This document shows positions 13,095 through 26,100 of a DNA stretch of 64,000 bases, in pieces. The stretch comes from the human T2T-CHM13v2.0 reference genome, Homo sapiens. The position numbers and the translations under genes were made by a program. Where the stretch lies: the NCBI RefSeq assembly GCF_009914755.1, contig NC_060926.1. The stretch is one strand, 5' to 3'. Within the stretch, counting starts at the first letter, position 1, and every line of letters begins with the position of its first letter. The notes under the pieces are model-generated. The model saw nothing but the letters and a program-made list of their open reading frames with translations. It searched no databases and was not told the DNA's origin.

Positions 13095-13142
13095 ATGGAG
13101 ATTAAAGACCAGGGAGCCCAAATGGAGCCGCTGCTGCCTACG
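13095..13142 (+). CDS. SLC4A10: First coding exon (16 codons, MEIKDQGAQMEPLLPT) of the sodium-driven chloride/bicarbonate exchanger NCBE/NBCn2, MEIK isoform
   Basis: The translation matches the recalled human SLC4A10 N-terminus (MEIKDQGAQMEPLLPT|RNDEE...). Strong Kozak context aacATGg. The match ends exactly at a phase-0 donor, ACG|GTAAGA. Confidence 0.96.
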
Positions 13143-13640
13143 GTAAGAGACAACCTGCTATCACATAGATTAACCGCGTTTGCTGCAAAACCTGTTAGGC
13201 AAGCGGTCTGCTAGCTAGGTGCAGCGAGTGTACTTTTGGGGTGGTGGATAGCTCCTACGACATATGGACAGGGGTCTCCTCCCATCTTGGGAGACTGAAA
13301 TGCATAAAGCAAAGCACACGATTCTCCTCCCCCCCCCTTCTCAATATGGATGCACTACGGTGATGAAATGTCTCATGTTTGCTGCTGTTTGAAGAAATGG
13401 CTAGGTTTTAGCAGCAGGGGCAGTTACGTGTCTCTCTGCCTGCCTGTTACTGCTTATCTCTCTGATTCTCAGGCTGTGTGCTGGTTTAAGCCCTTGCAGA
13501 GAAGCCCCCTTTTATCATGTTTAATCCCTATCGAATTTCCTCCCCCTGCCTCATCCCCAGGCAGTGAGGTGAGGGAATCTGCTGCTGTTGCAGCTCTAGA
13601 GATTTAGTCTCTACAGAAACCAGGGGAAAGAACAGAAGGA

Positions 13641-13642
<2 letters not shown>

Positions 13643-13680
<38 letters not shown>
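13643..13680. repeat. (GT)19 perfect microsatellite
   Basis: Read directly from the sequence. Confidence 0.98.
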
Positions 13681-13681
<1 letters not shown>

Positions 13682-15229
13682 CTGTCTCTTTCTCAAAGGC
13701 AAATGTGTCATGGTTTTTGTACAAAGAAGGTATGCATTTTTGGGGGACAGGCACACAATTCAGATGTGAATATTAGAAAGGTTTCTGAACTGTCATTTGG
13801 TAATAGCCCATCTGTTTACCTCTGGGTTCTTAAGCTGTTTCCCTACATTTAATTTTTGTGTAAGTGATGGATTTGCCTATCCTCTCCACAATCTCTCTGT
13901 CTGGCTCGCAGACTTTGGAGATCTTCAGGCAACATCTTTTTCTGTCTGGAGCAGCTGCTGTTTCTGTGTTTAAGGAAAAAAGAAAAAAAAAACCCAGTAT
14001 TTTCTTGATGCAACAGAGATGACAGTCATAGCTTCCAGCCATCTATCAGTGCTACCACAGCAGAAATCCCCTCCCTGCACCAAACCAGACGGAGGGGCTG
14101 TTTCTCAGCTCCCTGTTACTAAGGTTGGTGACCCACCTTGCGCGGAAGGGACTGGCGGTGAGCTGTCCATTTCCGAGTCCATTCCTAGGTTTTCAACAAA
14201 ATGCTTCCGTAGGAGGAGTGGGCAAATTCTGGGCCACAGTATTTTCAGGGCCTTACCTCTCCTGCCGGGCTCACATGCTGCAAAAAGATTCCAGTTTGCA
14301 TCCCCGGAATCAACTGTGGCGACTGAGCATGCCCAGTTCTCCTGCGGACGCCAGGTTTGAGCAGGGAGGGAGCAGAGTGATGGGAAGAATGCAAGGAGTT
14401 ACCACCAAGAATAGAGTCTCAACAGAGGACAGGGGCAGTGTCGGGGTAGGGGGCCGGGAGAAAGGGAACAGGAGAAAGAAGTTTGTCAATTACCCTGTCT
14501 GCCTAAAAATAGAGATATTTCTTTGTGGCATCAAAGTGGAGTTATAAAAAAATACGTGTAAAAGATTTGTCTATCTTCCCAAACTTGAACAAATACATAA
14601 ATTAGGATTCTGTTAGTACTCAGAATAAATACTGTTAAGAATACCAGGGAACTCTTCTTCCCTGGATGAGAGACGGGAACTATACACAGGAATCGTGGTA
14701 TGGGGATTAGGGAAGGTTTAGGGAAACCCCCAACCCTTTTTTTGGCTGGCAGTGGGGGTGGGGTGGGGTGTTGGAACCTGTCCTAGAAAAGCAGGCTAAA
14801 GCCAGTTTGATGTGGCTTATGGATTGTCACTTGTGGGGAACAGTTAAAGGGTTTAGGACCAAATGAGGATTAACTAGAGGAATTTAAAAGAGGATGACAT
14901 TACTGGGCTAGATGGGCAACCAATTTATAGCTTAAAAGAGCAGAGAAAATACAAGTCTTTCCTGAAAAGAAGGTCTACAATACATCTGATGGAAATTTTT
15001 GAAGGCCAGAGTCAAAAGTTTGCATGTCATGGGGTTAATGGTCAGTACAAAATAGTGACAGTTTAATGGTAAGAGGGAATCATATTAGCAGATCATCACA
15101 AGAAAAACAAGCCTGAGGGGCTAGAGAGGATGCTGAATTACTGGTCCAGTTTTATACTTGTATAGCAACTCCCCCAGTTGCTTTTATGAAAACCTTTTTT
15201 GTTTAATTTTCAAAACAAACATGTTATGT

Positions 15230-15350
15230 AAAGCAGATTTTATTATTTTCATTTTCAAGGTGAGAAATTGAGGCACAGGGAGTCTGAATAACATGTCTAA
15301 GATCACCCAGTGATGAAACCAGGACTAGAATTTAGGTCATCTAAAACTAG
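15230..15350 (-). mobile_element. MIR fragment
   Basis: attttcaaggtgagaaattgaggcacag...aagatcacccag. Confidence 0.7.
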
Positions 15351-15504
15351 TTCAGAAATTGTTTTAAAAATTCAATATTTTTTACATTACATTCTTAACC
15401 AAGCTTAACATGATCAGTTCCTGGGCTGAAGTTTTTACGCTTGGAAGAGAGCTCTGGGCTCTGTTTTAGAAAATTAATCAGACGACTTTGCAAATAATTT
15501 TGTG

Positions 15505-15720
15505 AGAGGCAATATAGCATAATATTTAGAACTCAGTCAAGGCCAAACACTGCTATTTATTTGTTATATGATATTGGGAAAGTTATAAGTTACAGTTTCT
15601 TCAACTGAAAAATGAAAAGGGAATGTTATTATATATCTCTTGAGTTTTGGAATCAGTTAAATAACTTATATGAAGTTCCTGACATTTAGTAAGTGTTCAA
15701 TAAAACTTGCTATTATCATT
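15505..15720 (+). mobile_element. MIR SINE
   Basis: gagaggcaatatagcataat start, gggaaagtta...cagtttcttcaactgaaaaatg core, tagtaagtgttcaataaa end. Confidence 0.7.
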
Positions 15721-17974
15721 GTCAATGTTGCTGTAAAATGAATATATTATTGCTATATTCATCTCAAAGTAGATATTGAGAGGATGTATAGGTTTCAGGT
15801 TTTTATGAGAAGTGGCTTGTCAGTACTTTCTACCAAGAAGGAAAAATGGAAAATGGAGAACTGGAAAAGACTCTTCATAGTGGAGGTGGGAGGTGGCGTT
15901 TTTTAGTTATAATTATGAAAACTTTGCAGTATGCTTGGAGAGCCAATTGGACAGGCATTAAAAGCCAAGATTAGATATGGGACAGAAGCAGTCAGAGGTA
16001 GAAAGATAGGGAAGTGAAAGAGAAAGGAAAATAAGAATAGATAAGTATGTCAAATGAGTGAATGTATTAATCCTGACTCAAGTGAAATGGAGGAACAGAT
16101 TCTCATTAAGCCTCCCAGGGTTTACCTCCATTTAGTATAGTATATATAAAGTACATTTGAAGGATACGGGCAGAGGAGGCCTAGATATGTTTCTCTTTTT
16201 TTCCCAGTCCTTCTTAGGAAGCTTCAGTGATAATTTCCTTTTGCTGGACAAGCCATCATTGCATTTTGTAGACTCTAATCACTCCAAGGGTTAGGGCGTT
16301 CACTCTTGTTGGCTAAGTGTATAGTCTGGTTTTGGTAACAACTGACTGCTATGTCTGAAGTTACAGAAAAAGTGTGTCAGAAAGATGTGTTCTCTTAAGT
16401 GCCTACTGTTGGCCAAACACATTCTTGGTGCTGGAGATGCAGCAATAAATAAGGCAGGCAAACACCCTATATATGTGAAACCTCACACTCCAGCTAGACT
16501 AGAAATAGGACTCGATTTAACTTTTTAAGAGACTGCTGCTTTCTCTTCAAAATATTTAATAATTGTTATAACCTTTTTGATATGGATATATATGGAGAAT
16601 ATATGTAACAGTAATAATGGTGATATCATTTTAGTAAGAATGGAATTAGCCTTTTAAAAGTATGAAGCCTGATATTTAGGATTGCATTATGATTTCACAT
16701 TTTCCTTTGATATTCAATGTTGAATTTGCTTTTAGGAGTAACCTAACAATTTAAAAATTATCAGGCCATGGAAGAAGCTTCCAGAAGAATATATAACTTA
16801 TATTTATATCTCATGACGTTTAATCTTGGGTGATCTACAGTGAGTCTACTTTGGATCCCTTCTAAGATTCTGATGTCTGAAAAAGGACTTAAGTTGAGCT
16901 TACTCATAACATTTCCCTAAGGTATAAAACTACAGTAAAGTTCACTTTTAAAAGATAATTTGATGATATAGGATAGATGATTGGATTTAGTACTTTTAGA
17001 AAATGCTAATTCCATATTTCCAAGTGGCCCAGTTTATTGAATTGTTTTATTTGTGGAAAAAAGTTATAAAAAGTCTTTAATGTAATTAAATCAGGGAAAG
17101 AAAAATGGGACTAAAATGTCAAAGTAACAAAAAGAGCACATGGAATGGCTAAGTAATATTGTTTTTTCTATTCAATTTGCATTGAAATTTAAATTATAAT
17201 CTGAGTTTAAAGAAAACATACTCACTACACCTTGTAGTCAGTAGGAAGCAAAATGCAGTATAAGAAATTAATCCCCGTTTCTACTTTCATGATTTGAATT
17301 GTTACTCTAGCATGGTGAGTGACTATGGAAATAAAATATATGTATAAAATGCTAAGGTTGGGAATGAGTGGTAGAATCTGAAGGCTATAAGTATTGAGTT
17401 TACTTATTTATTAATATTATGTTTATGATAAAAATATTGAGATCAGATTAGGAAGTGGGCTAGTTTATGATGAAGAGTTAGAAAATATCTGGGCCAAGGT
17501 CTGGAACTCAAAATACAGTCAGAGAGCATGGTCAGAATACAATGATACTTCCAATATATCATTTCTTTCTAACCTTGAATGATGGTTGCTTCAGAAGTCT
17601 AAACTGGGCATGAATAGATTGCAGTGTATTACGATGGCCCGCAAGTAAATGGAGAAATGTGGATGCCACTCTCAGCCCTTCTGTGAGAGAGACTTCAACT
17701 CTTCCTTTCCCATATCACATAGGACACATGACAATGATCATTTGACTTCCTGTGAGGACACCATTGTCAATCTATATAGTAAATATTAGTTAAGTTTTAT
17801 GTTTTATTTTTAGGTAAAATAAATTTAGATTGAAGTTTTAATATATTCTCGCACCACAAACAGTTGTCTCAGATACTCTTTGGGGTGTACTACTTTTTTT
17901 TTTTTTTAGAAAAAGGGAATAATTTGTGTGTGTTGCATCTTTTATGGAATTATATGTATATATATTTTAATGGG

Positions 17975-19010
17975 TCTTATTTTTGAGAGCGATATAGGTT
18001 CGCAGCAATATTAAGCAGAAGGTACAGAGATTTCCCATATATCCCCTGCCCCTTACACATACATAGCTCCCCCATTAACAAGATCTCTCACCAGAGTGGT
18101 ACATTTGTTACAGTTGATGAAACATTATCACCCAAAGTCCACAGTTTGCATTAGGACTTGGTGTTGGACATCCTATAGTTTTGAACAAATTTATAATAAC
18201 ATGTATCCACCATTATAGTATTATACAGAGTCATTTCACTGCCCTAAAGATCCTCTGTGCTCTGCCTATTCATCCCTCCCTTTCCACTAACCCCTGGTAA
18301 CCACTGACTTTTTTACTTTCTTCATAGTTTTGCATTTTTTAGAGTATTATATAGTTGGAATCACAGTACATAGCCTTTTCAGATTGGCTTCTTTCATTTA
18401 GTAATAGGCATTTAAATGTATTTTCATGACTTGATATCTCATTTCTGTTTATCACTGAATTATATTTCATTGTCTTGATGTACTACAGTTTATTTATCCA
18501 TATACCCACTGAAAAATATCTGGGTTTCCTCCAAGTTTGGCATTTATGAATAAGTCTGGTATAAACATCCATGTGCAGATCTTTGTGTGGACATGTTTTC
18601 AATTTCTTTGGGTAAATACTAAGGATGTTATTACTGGATTGTATAAGAGTATTTAGTATTTTTAAAAACTGCCAAGCTGTCTTTAGTAGTGGCTGTACTA
18701 CATGCTATTCTCATGAGCAATGAATGAGAGTTCCTCTTGCTCCACACACTTACCAGCATTTGGTGTTGTCAGTTTTTTATACGTTGTCGGATTGATTCAG
18801 TAATATTTTGTAGAGAGTTTTTGCATTCATGCTTATGAGGGATATTGGTTTGTAGTCTTCTTTTCTTATAATATCTTTGTTTGGTTTTGGTATTAGGGTG
18901 ATGGCCTCACATACTGAGTTAGGGAGTGTTCCTCCTTTCTATTTTCTGACATAGATTGTTTTGGAAGGTTATTCATTGTTGACACCATTATTTTTAATAG
19001 ATAGATTCAT
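17975..19010 (-). mobile_element. L1MC1-like 3' end joined to an ORF2-region L1 fragment (about 18780-19010)
   Basis: gcagaaggtacagagatttcccatat...caccagagtggtacatttgttaca...atcacccaaagtcca (L1MC1/2 3' UTR), later gggatattggtttgtag...ggttttggtattagggtg. Confidence 0.8.
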
Positions 19011-19284
19011 ATATATTTTGACCACAGGATTGTAGAGATCAACTGGAGTCTAGATTTTAGACTGGCTCCTTAATTTACGGATGATGGAACTGGACATCAA
19101 AGACATAAAGAGATATATTTAAGGGCATGCTACTTATGATGCTAGTTAATGGCAGAACTCAGCCTAGAGTCCAAATCTCTTGATTATTCATTTATCATTC
19201 TTTCCACTATTATATAGTCTCTATTACTAGCATAGCATCAACGGCTGAGTTCCAAATTAAAATGGAAATTAGGCAGTTTGTAAA

Positions 19285-19455
19285 GTAATAATAGATATTG
19301 TCTCAGGCTCATGATAGGTACAAACATCTGTAATCCTCATGATAATCCTGAAAAGTTGCTAATGTTTTCCAGCCTTGCAGATGAGAAACTGAGGTCCAGA
19401 GATTTGTATAAATTATCCAAGTTCACATAGCTAAGAAGTGCTAAGCTAGGATTTG
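19285..19455 (-). mobile_element. MIR SINE
   Basis: cagatgagaaactgaggtccagaga...ccaagttcacatagctaagaagtg. Confidence 0.75.
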
Positions 19456-19609
19456 AAAATATTTTTTTAGTTAATAAGTAACTTGTCTCCCTTAACGCTA
19501 ATTAAACAATAAAAAAGAATCCCATTATAAAACGAGCTTTCACATCTTCCCCTCCAATAAAATATGAAAGTACTCTGATACAAGGTGCTATAAAATGTCA
19601 GGTCTTTTT

Positions 19610-19890
19610 GCCCACATATTTCATGATTCCATTTATATGAAATGTCTAGAATAGGCAAGTCCTTAGAGACATAAAGTAGATTAGGGGTTGCCAGGACCTG
19701 GGATGTAGGGGAGAGTTAGGAGTGACTGCTAATAGGTACAGAGTTTCTTTTTGCAGTGATGGAAATGTTTTGAAATTACGTGGCGGTGATGGTTACACAA
19801 CACTCTGAGTATACTAAAAACCAATGAATTGCACACTGTAAAATGGTGAATTTTATGTTATGTAAACGTTATTTCAAAAAATTATTTTAA
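19610..19890 (+). mobile_element. L1MB 3' end
   Basis: tgattccatttatatgaaatgtctagaataggcaa...gtgactgctaataggtacagagtttcttttt...gtgatggaaatgtt. Confidence 0.85.
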
Positions 19891-21204
19891 AAGTAAGTTA
19901 CTGTTTAGCATTATCATGAACAAGGAGAAGGCCGAGTATCCAAAAAATGCTTATATCAGTTACATTTATATAAATTAAGAAGAGGGCAAATAAAATATTC
20001 ACAAAATAAAAATAACTTCCTCCCCCCACAAGAAATTCTTTACCACAAATTTGATTCTGTTTGTCAAGATAATGCTGAGATTGGTCAGGGTTTCAGGTTA
20101 TTTGCAGACCTAGAGGTCTTGGAATATATCTTCAAAGCTGAGTTAAGAGAATATATGGTGCATTTTATGTACCAGAGAGAGAGAGAACTATTTCACTTGA
20201 GTCACACTGTATTTAGATATTTAATTTCTTATGGCAATATTTTGCAGTTTTGTCTTAGTGTAAATTTCTATGCAATATAGCAAGAATAACACAAAAATTG
20301 CAGAAGTGCCATTTATATAGTGGTTCCTACATTGAGCTTAAATACCAAATTCATGTTGAATTCCAAGTAGCTCAGAACTCGAGAGGTGCTCTCAGAAGAT
20401 GAAAATGGAGATTAATCTACAAACTCAGTTGGATAGAGTGAGGATGTATTATAGCCAAAGACTCTTGATATAGTTTTGAATTAATGACAAAGTCCCTGTA
20501 CCAACATCAGCAAGACTTGCTCATTCATCATGAAAATTATGCTCTAAGGATCTAATAAGCAAGTTTTTAAGGCAGAATTTTCCCATTGCATATTGAATGT
20601 GCTAGGTTGCTGGAGTGCCTCCAACATTTATTTGTAACTCCACTTGTTCTTGCTAATTCTGGAAAACCAAAATTATTTAGGGAAGGCTGTTTCTTTCTAG
20701 TGTCTTTTTTCCCCCTTTTGACTAATGAGGCTTTGATATAAAAGATGATGACCTAGTCAAATTTCAGAAAGCAAGTGACATAAAAAGTAGGTATATAACA
20801 ACTACCAGATGGGATCAAAACATAGCTCTGCTTAGGAAGCGTATTTCATTATTGTTAGATCCATACAGCTTTTTTCACAAAGTGGTGAATTTCTGTTGAT
20901 ATTTAAGGTTTTCTGGGAATAAACCTCTCCAAATGCTTCTGATTTTCTCAGATACATGAATGTGGTTTAAAAATGAAAAGAAAAAAACCCACCACATACA
21001 CACAACAAACCCAACACAGAGACAGCAGCAAGACACACCCTTAAGGTATAATATAATTTATTTTAGTGCATAACCATGTACTTTGTAGTATAACTTTATG
21101 ATATAAATGTCTGTTAAAAACATGTCATATATAATTGACAGAACACCTATAGTAAATATAAAAATTTGGTATTTTTTTCCTAAACAACGGGATTATTGAA
21201 AACC

Positions 21205-21375
21205 TTACTCTTGAGGACCACCTGCATCAGAATTGTCAGGAGGGCTGGTTAAAAATTCAAGTTCCAGGCCTTATTTAAGCCTACAGTCTGAGAATATTAA
21301 AGGGTAGCACTAAGGAAACCAGCATTTAAAAAAACCTCTAGGTGATTCTTATGTACATTAAAGCTTGAGAATTTT
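21205..21375. mobile_element. MER5 (MER5B/A) DNA transposon relic
   Basis: accacctgcatcagaat...ggtgattcttatgtacattaaagcttgagaa. Confidence 0.75.
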
Positions 21376-21577
21376 TGCCTTAAATATCAACAAAATAGAA
21401 AAATCATCATATATTTTTAAATTATTTTAACCGTAAGAATGCTGGGAGACTAAGTTTTGCCATAAAACAGCCTTTTTAACAATAAATCATAATGGGCTAG
21501 AAAATTAAGTGCTTATTTACTTATTTAGCATATTACCTATTACTTTGCAATATTGTGTATATACATGTATATATATC

Positions 21578-21806
21578 CTGATGATTTCAGTATATGATGG
21601 CTTGCTTATGATTTTTCAACTTTACCAGGGTGCAAAATCTATGGACATTCAGTATACTACTCAACTTTCCATGGTGTTACCTCTGGATAAACCCATTGTA
21701 AATAGAAAATGCCATATATGGAAGATGCACTTTCAACTTATGATATTTTCAGTTTACAGTGGGTTTACCAGGGCATAACTCCATTGTAGGTTGAGAAGCA
21801 TCCATA
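21578..21806. mobile_element. MER47/Tigger5-family MITE
   Basis: gataaacccattgtaa / cagtgggtttacc inverted subterminal blocks and a ccattgtaggttgagaagcatc terminus. Confidence 0.65.
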
Positions 21807-21974
21807 TGTGAATTATTTTACTTAAATGCAAATACATATAACTTGTTGCCTCAATCGGTGGCTGGATTCTTGAAAGCAGCTTATTTTAGATAATTTTTGT
21901 GCTGCTCTCACAGAACCAAGTGCATGGAACTCCTTGTTAAATATATCATGGGTAATAGATTAAGCAGCAACACT

Positions 21975-22205
21975 AGCAGACATTAATTGTTAAGAGTTTG
22001 GACATTGGAGTTGGAAAATTCTAAAAGTTTCAGTTAGGAGGTGTGTCAATTTTGGCAAGTTATCTAGGTTTTCAATGTCTTACTTTTCTTACCTACAAAA
22101 TAGGAATGGTAATAATATATCTATCTCCCAGGTTTGTGAGAAGCAATGAAAAAAATACGTGTTATATCATTTAGACTAATGACTCAGTAATAGTAGCTAT
22201 TATTC
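21975..22205 (+). mobile_element. MIR SINE
   Basis: ttggcaagttatcta...tttcttacctacaaaataggaatggtaataat. Confidence 0.65.
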
Positions 22206-22455
22206 TTATTCTTGGCTTAATAGTTTTCCTTTTGAATGAAAATCATTACCTGATATGCACAATTAATTCAATCCTTGATTCAATAATGCTTACTCAATAA
22301 CTCGATGTATCCATTTGACAGTAATATAGAAGTATGTCAATGATATAAATTGATAATTATAATACAGTACAATCCTTTTCCTAATAATAAAATTAATACT
22401 TGATTTTTAGGATCATTTGGAAGGCATCAAAAGTAAATATAAACTAATTTTATCA

Positions 22456-23108
22456 TTTTTTAGCTTTTTATTTTGACTCTATTTTTACTCATGGAATACT
22501 TGCAAAAATAGTACAGAATTCCCATATCCTTTTCATCCACCTTGCCTTAACTTTCTAAAAACTAGAAAGTTAACACTGATACAATTATATTAACTAAACT
22601 ACCATATTCGAATATCACCAGTGTTTTCACTAATGTCCATTTTCTGTTCTAGGATACAATTCAGAGTACCATATTGTGTTTAGATATCACATTTCTTTAA
22701 TCTCCAGTTTGTGACAGTTATTAAGTCTTTTTCTTTCATGACCTTGTCACTCTTGAAGTGTACAGGTCAATGTTTTGGAGATTATTACTCAATTTGTGTT
22801 TGAGGTTTTCATGGTTAGATTGAGGTTATGCATTGTTTGTCAATAATACTGTAGAAGTGATGTTCCGTTTTCCTTTCTTTATATCAGGATATACATATCT
22901 TACTTCTGGTGACATTAACTTTGATTATGGAGGTATCTTCTGTTTTTTTCCCATTGAAAAGTCAAAAAAGTTTCCCTTTGTAATAATATATTTGGGGAGA
23001 TACTTTGAGACTATATGAATTTCCTATTTCTCCTCAAACTTTTGCACATTAATTTTAGCACTCATTGGTAAATATTTCCTGTAGCACTTATGGAGGTGTC
23101 TGCCTCAT
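22456..23108 (-). mobile_element. L1MC (L1MC4-like) 3' end, left part; resumes at 28596
   Basis: tgcaaaaatagtacaga...ttaacactgatacaat...ttgtgacagtt...gggagatactttgagactat. Confidence 0.75.
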
Positions 23109-23507
23109 GACTTTTTAAAACTTTTATTTGGTTTTTAATAGACACATAATAATTATACATATTTGTTCTGTAAATATGTATGATATGATGTTTTGATACA
23201 AGTATACGTTGTATAATAATCAAATAAGGGTAATTAACATATCCATCACCTCAAACACTTATCTCTTTATTATGAAAACATTCAAAATCCTTCTTTTTAG
23301 CTATTTTGAAATATACAATATATGTGTTAACTATAGTCACTGTACTGTACAATAGAACACCAGAACTTATTCCTCCTATCTAACTGTAGCTTGGTGCCCA
23401 TTGACCAACCTTTACCCATCATTCCCTTCTCCCTACCTTCCCCAGCCTCTAGTAACCACTATTCTATTCTCTACTTCTACAGAAACAACTTTTTAAGATT
23501 CCATATA

Positions 23508-24787
23508 TAAGGAGACTTCAAAAGTTTTGTAGAAAAATGTAATTAAAAGATAAAAATAAAATATAAACTTTATTTCTGATTATAAGCTCTATCAAGTTCA
23601 AGACACTTTTGTAAGTGATGATACCAGCCATTTAATTAATCCCTAAAGAACCAAGGGTCTTGGGAATTTAACCATGTCAATGCAGTCTCTCTTTTACATT
23701 AATAACTGAAGAAAAATGAGTGCCCTTTATGTATTTTTTTTAAGATTCACACAAAAAAGAAATTAGAATGAGCCAAATCAGGACTTTAAGGTGGATGCCT
23801 AATAATTTCTCATTGAAACTCCCTCAAAATTGCCCTTGTTTGATGAGAGGAATGTGTAGGAACATTGTTGTGGTAGAGAAAGACTCTCTGGTGAAGGTTT
23901 TCTGGGCATTTTTCTGCTAAAGCTTTGGCTAACTTGCTCAAAACACTCTTATACTAAGCAGATGTTGTCATTCCTTGGCCCTCCAAAAAGTCCACAAGGA
24001 AAATGACTTTAGCATCTCAAAAAACCGATGCTATGACCTTTGTTATTAATGGGTCTGCTTTTGCTTTGACTAGACCATATCCTCCTCTTGGTAGTCATTG
24101 CTTTGATTGTGCTTTGTCTTCAGGATCATTCTGGTAAAGCCATGTTTCATCTCTTTTGCAATTCATCAAAGAAATGCTTCAGGATCTTGATTCCACTTGC
24201 TTAAAATTTTAATTGAAAGTTCTGCACTTGTCTGCAGGTAATTTGGGTGCAGTGATTTTGGCACTGTTTTAGTTGAAAGTTTGCTAAACTTTAATTTTTC
24301 AGTCAGAATTGTGTTAGCTGAAGTATTGGTTATAGCTATGGTGTTGGCTATTGCTTGTGCTGTTAATCACTGGTCCTCTCCAGTTAGGGCACAAACAAGA
24401 TTATTTTCTCCCTTGAAAATTGATATGAATGGTCTGCCACTGTGGGCTTCAACATTGTTTCTTCCCTTCTTAAAATGAGTTATCCATTTGTGAACTGCTG
24501 ATTTATTTTGGGCATTGTCTCCATAAAGCATCAATGATTTCACCATTCTTCCACTCAGGCTTCATCATAAATTTGATGTTTGTTCTTGGTTCAATTTTAG
24601 CAGAATTTGTGTTGCTCTGATATGGGCTGTTTTAAAACTCATGTCTTATCTTTCTAGGTGCTTCTAGATACTCATCAGACATGTTATAACAAGTTAGTAT
24701 GAGTTTATTTTGGTGCAAATTTTTTTTGAAATTCATGCAAATTTCTTTATCATACACATTTTCTGTGAACTTTTTGAAGACCTCTTG
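23508..24787 (-). mobile_element. Essentially full-length HSMAR2 mariner transposon with a decayed transposase
   Basis: Both TIRs (gacttcaaaagtt... / ...aactttttgaagacc) flanked by TA, length ~1.28 kb. The minus strand reads aattctgctaaaattgaaccaagaacaaacatcaaatttatg, the HSMAR2 transposase start, with the ATG lost. Confidence 0.92.
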
Positions 24788-24971
24788 TATAAGTGAGATC
24801 ATGCAGTATTTGTCCTTCTGTGCTAGACTTATTTCACTTAACATAATGTTCTGTAGGTTTATCTATGTTGTGAATGACAGGATTTCATTCTTTTTTGTGG
24901 CTGAATAGTACTCTATTGAGTGTGTATATTACATTTTTATTTTTATTTGTATTATTTGTTATTTATTCACC

Positions 24972-25258
<287 letters not shown>

Positions 25259-25583
25259 TTTTTATTTTTTTAAGAGACAAGGTCTTGCTCTGTCACCCAG
25301 GCTGGAGTTTAGTCGTGCAATCATGGTTCACTACAGCCTCAAGGACCTGGGTTCAAGTGGTCCTCTCACCTTGACCTCTTGAGTAGGCAGGACTACAAGT
25401 GTGCACTACCATGCCTGTCTAATTAATTTTTTTATTTTTTTATTTTTATTTTTATTTTTATTTGTAGAGACAGGGTCTCAGTATGTTGCTCAGGCTGGTC
25501 TTGAACTACTAGCCTCAGGCAATCCTCCTGCCTCCGCCTCCCAAAACCACTGGGATTACAGGCGTGCATCACTATACCCGGCC
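25259..25583 (-). mobile_element. AluJ
   Basis: AluJ-type tcatggttcactacagcctc and caatcctcctgcc. Confidence 0.9.
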
Positions 25584-25600
25584 TACATTTTTTTAAAATT

Positions 25601-26100
<500 letters not shown>

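Noticed and set aside
12936-13214. 92-aa ORF as a standalone protein
   Set aside because: Only 13095-13142 is the real exon. The remainder is UTR plus read-through past the splice donor.
13262-14172. REST half-sites (atggacag at ~13263, gctgtcca at ~14162)
   Set aside because: Each lacks a partner half-site.
12880-14460. Classical CpG island
   Set aside because: CpGs are enriched but sparse and split into two patches. By eye this does not meet island criteria.
14019-14547. 113-aa and 140-aa ORFs in proximal intron 1
   Set aside because: No recognisable homology or splice context. They are explained by locally higher GC.
14702-14774. Telomere-like TTAGGG hexamers and G-runs
   Set aside because: Only two non-tandem hexamers, so not an interstitial telomeric array.
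23570-24610. Functional mariner transposase
   Set aside because: The start codon is mutated and no long minus-strand ORF appears in the track, so it is a decayed fossil.
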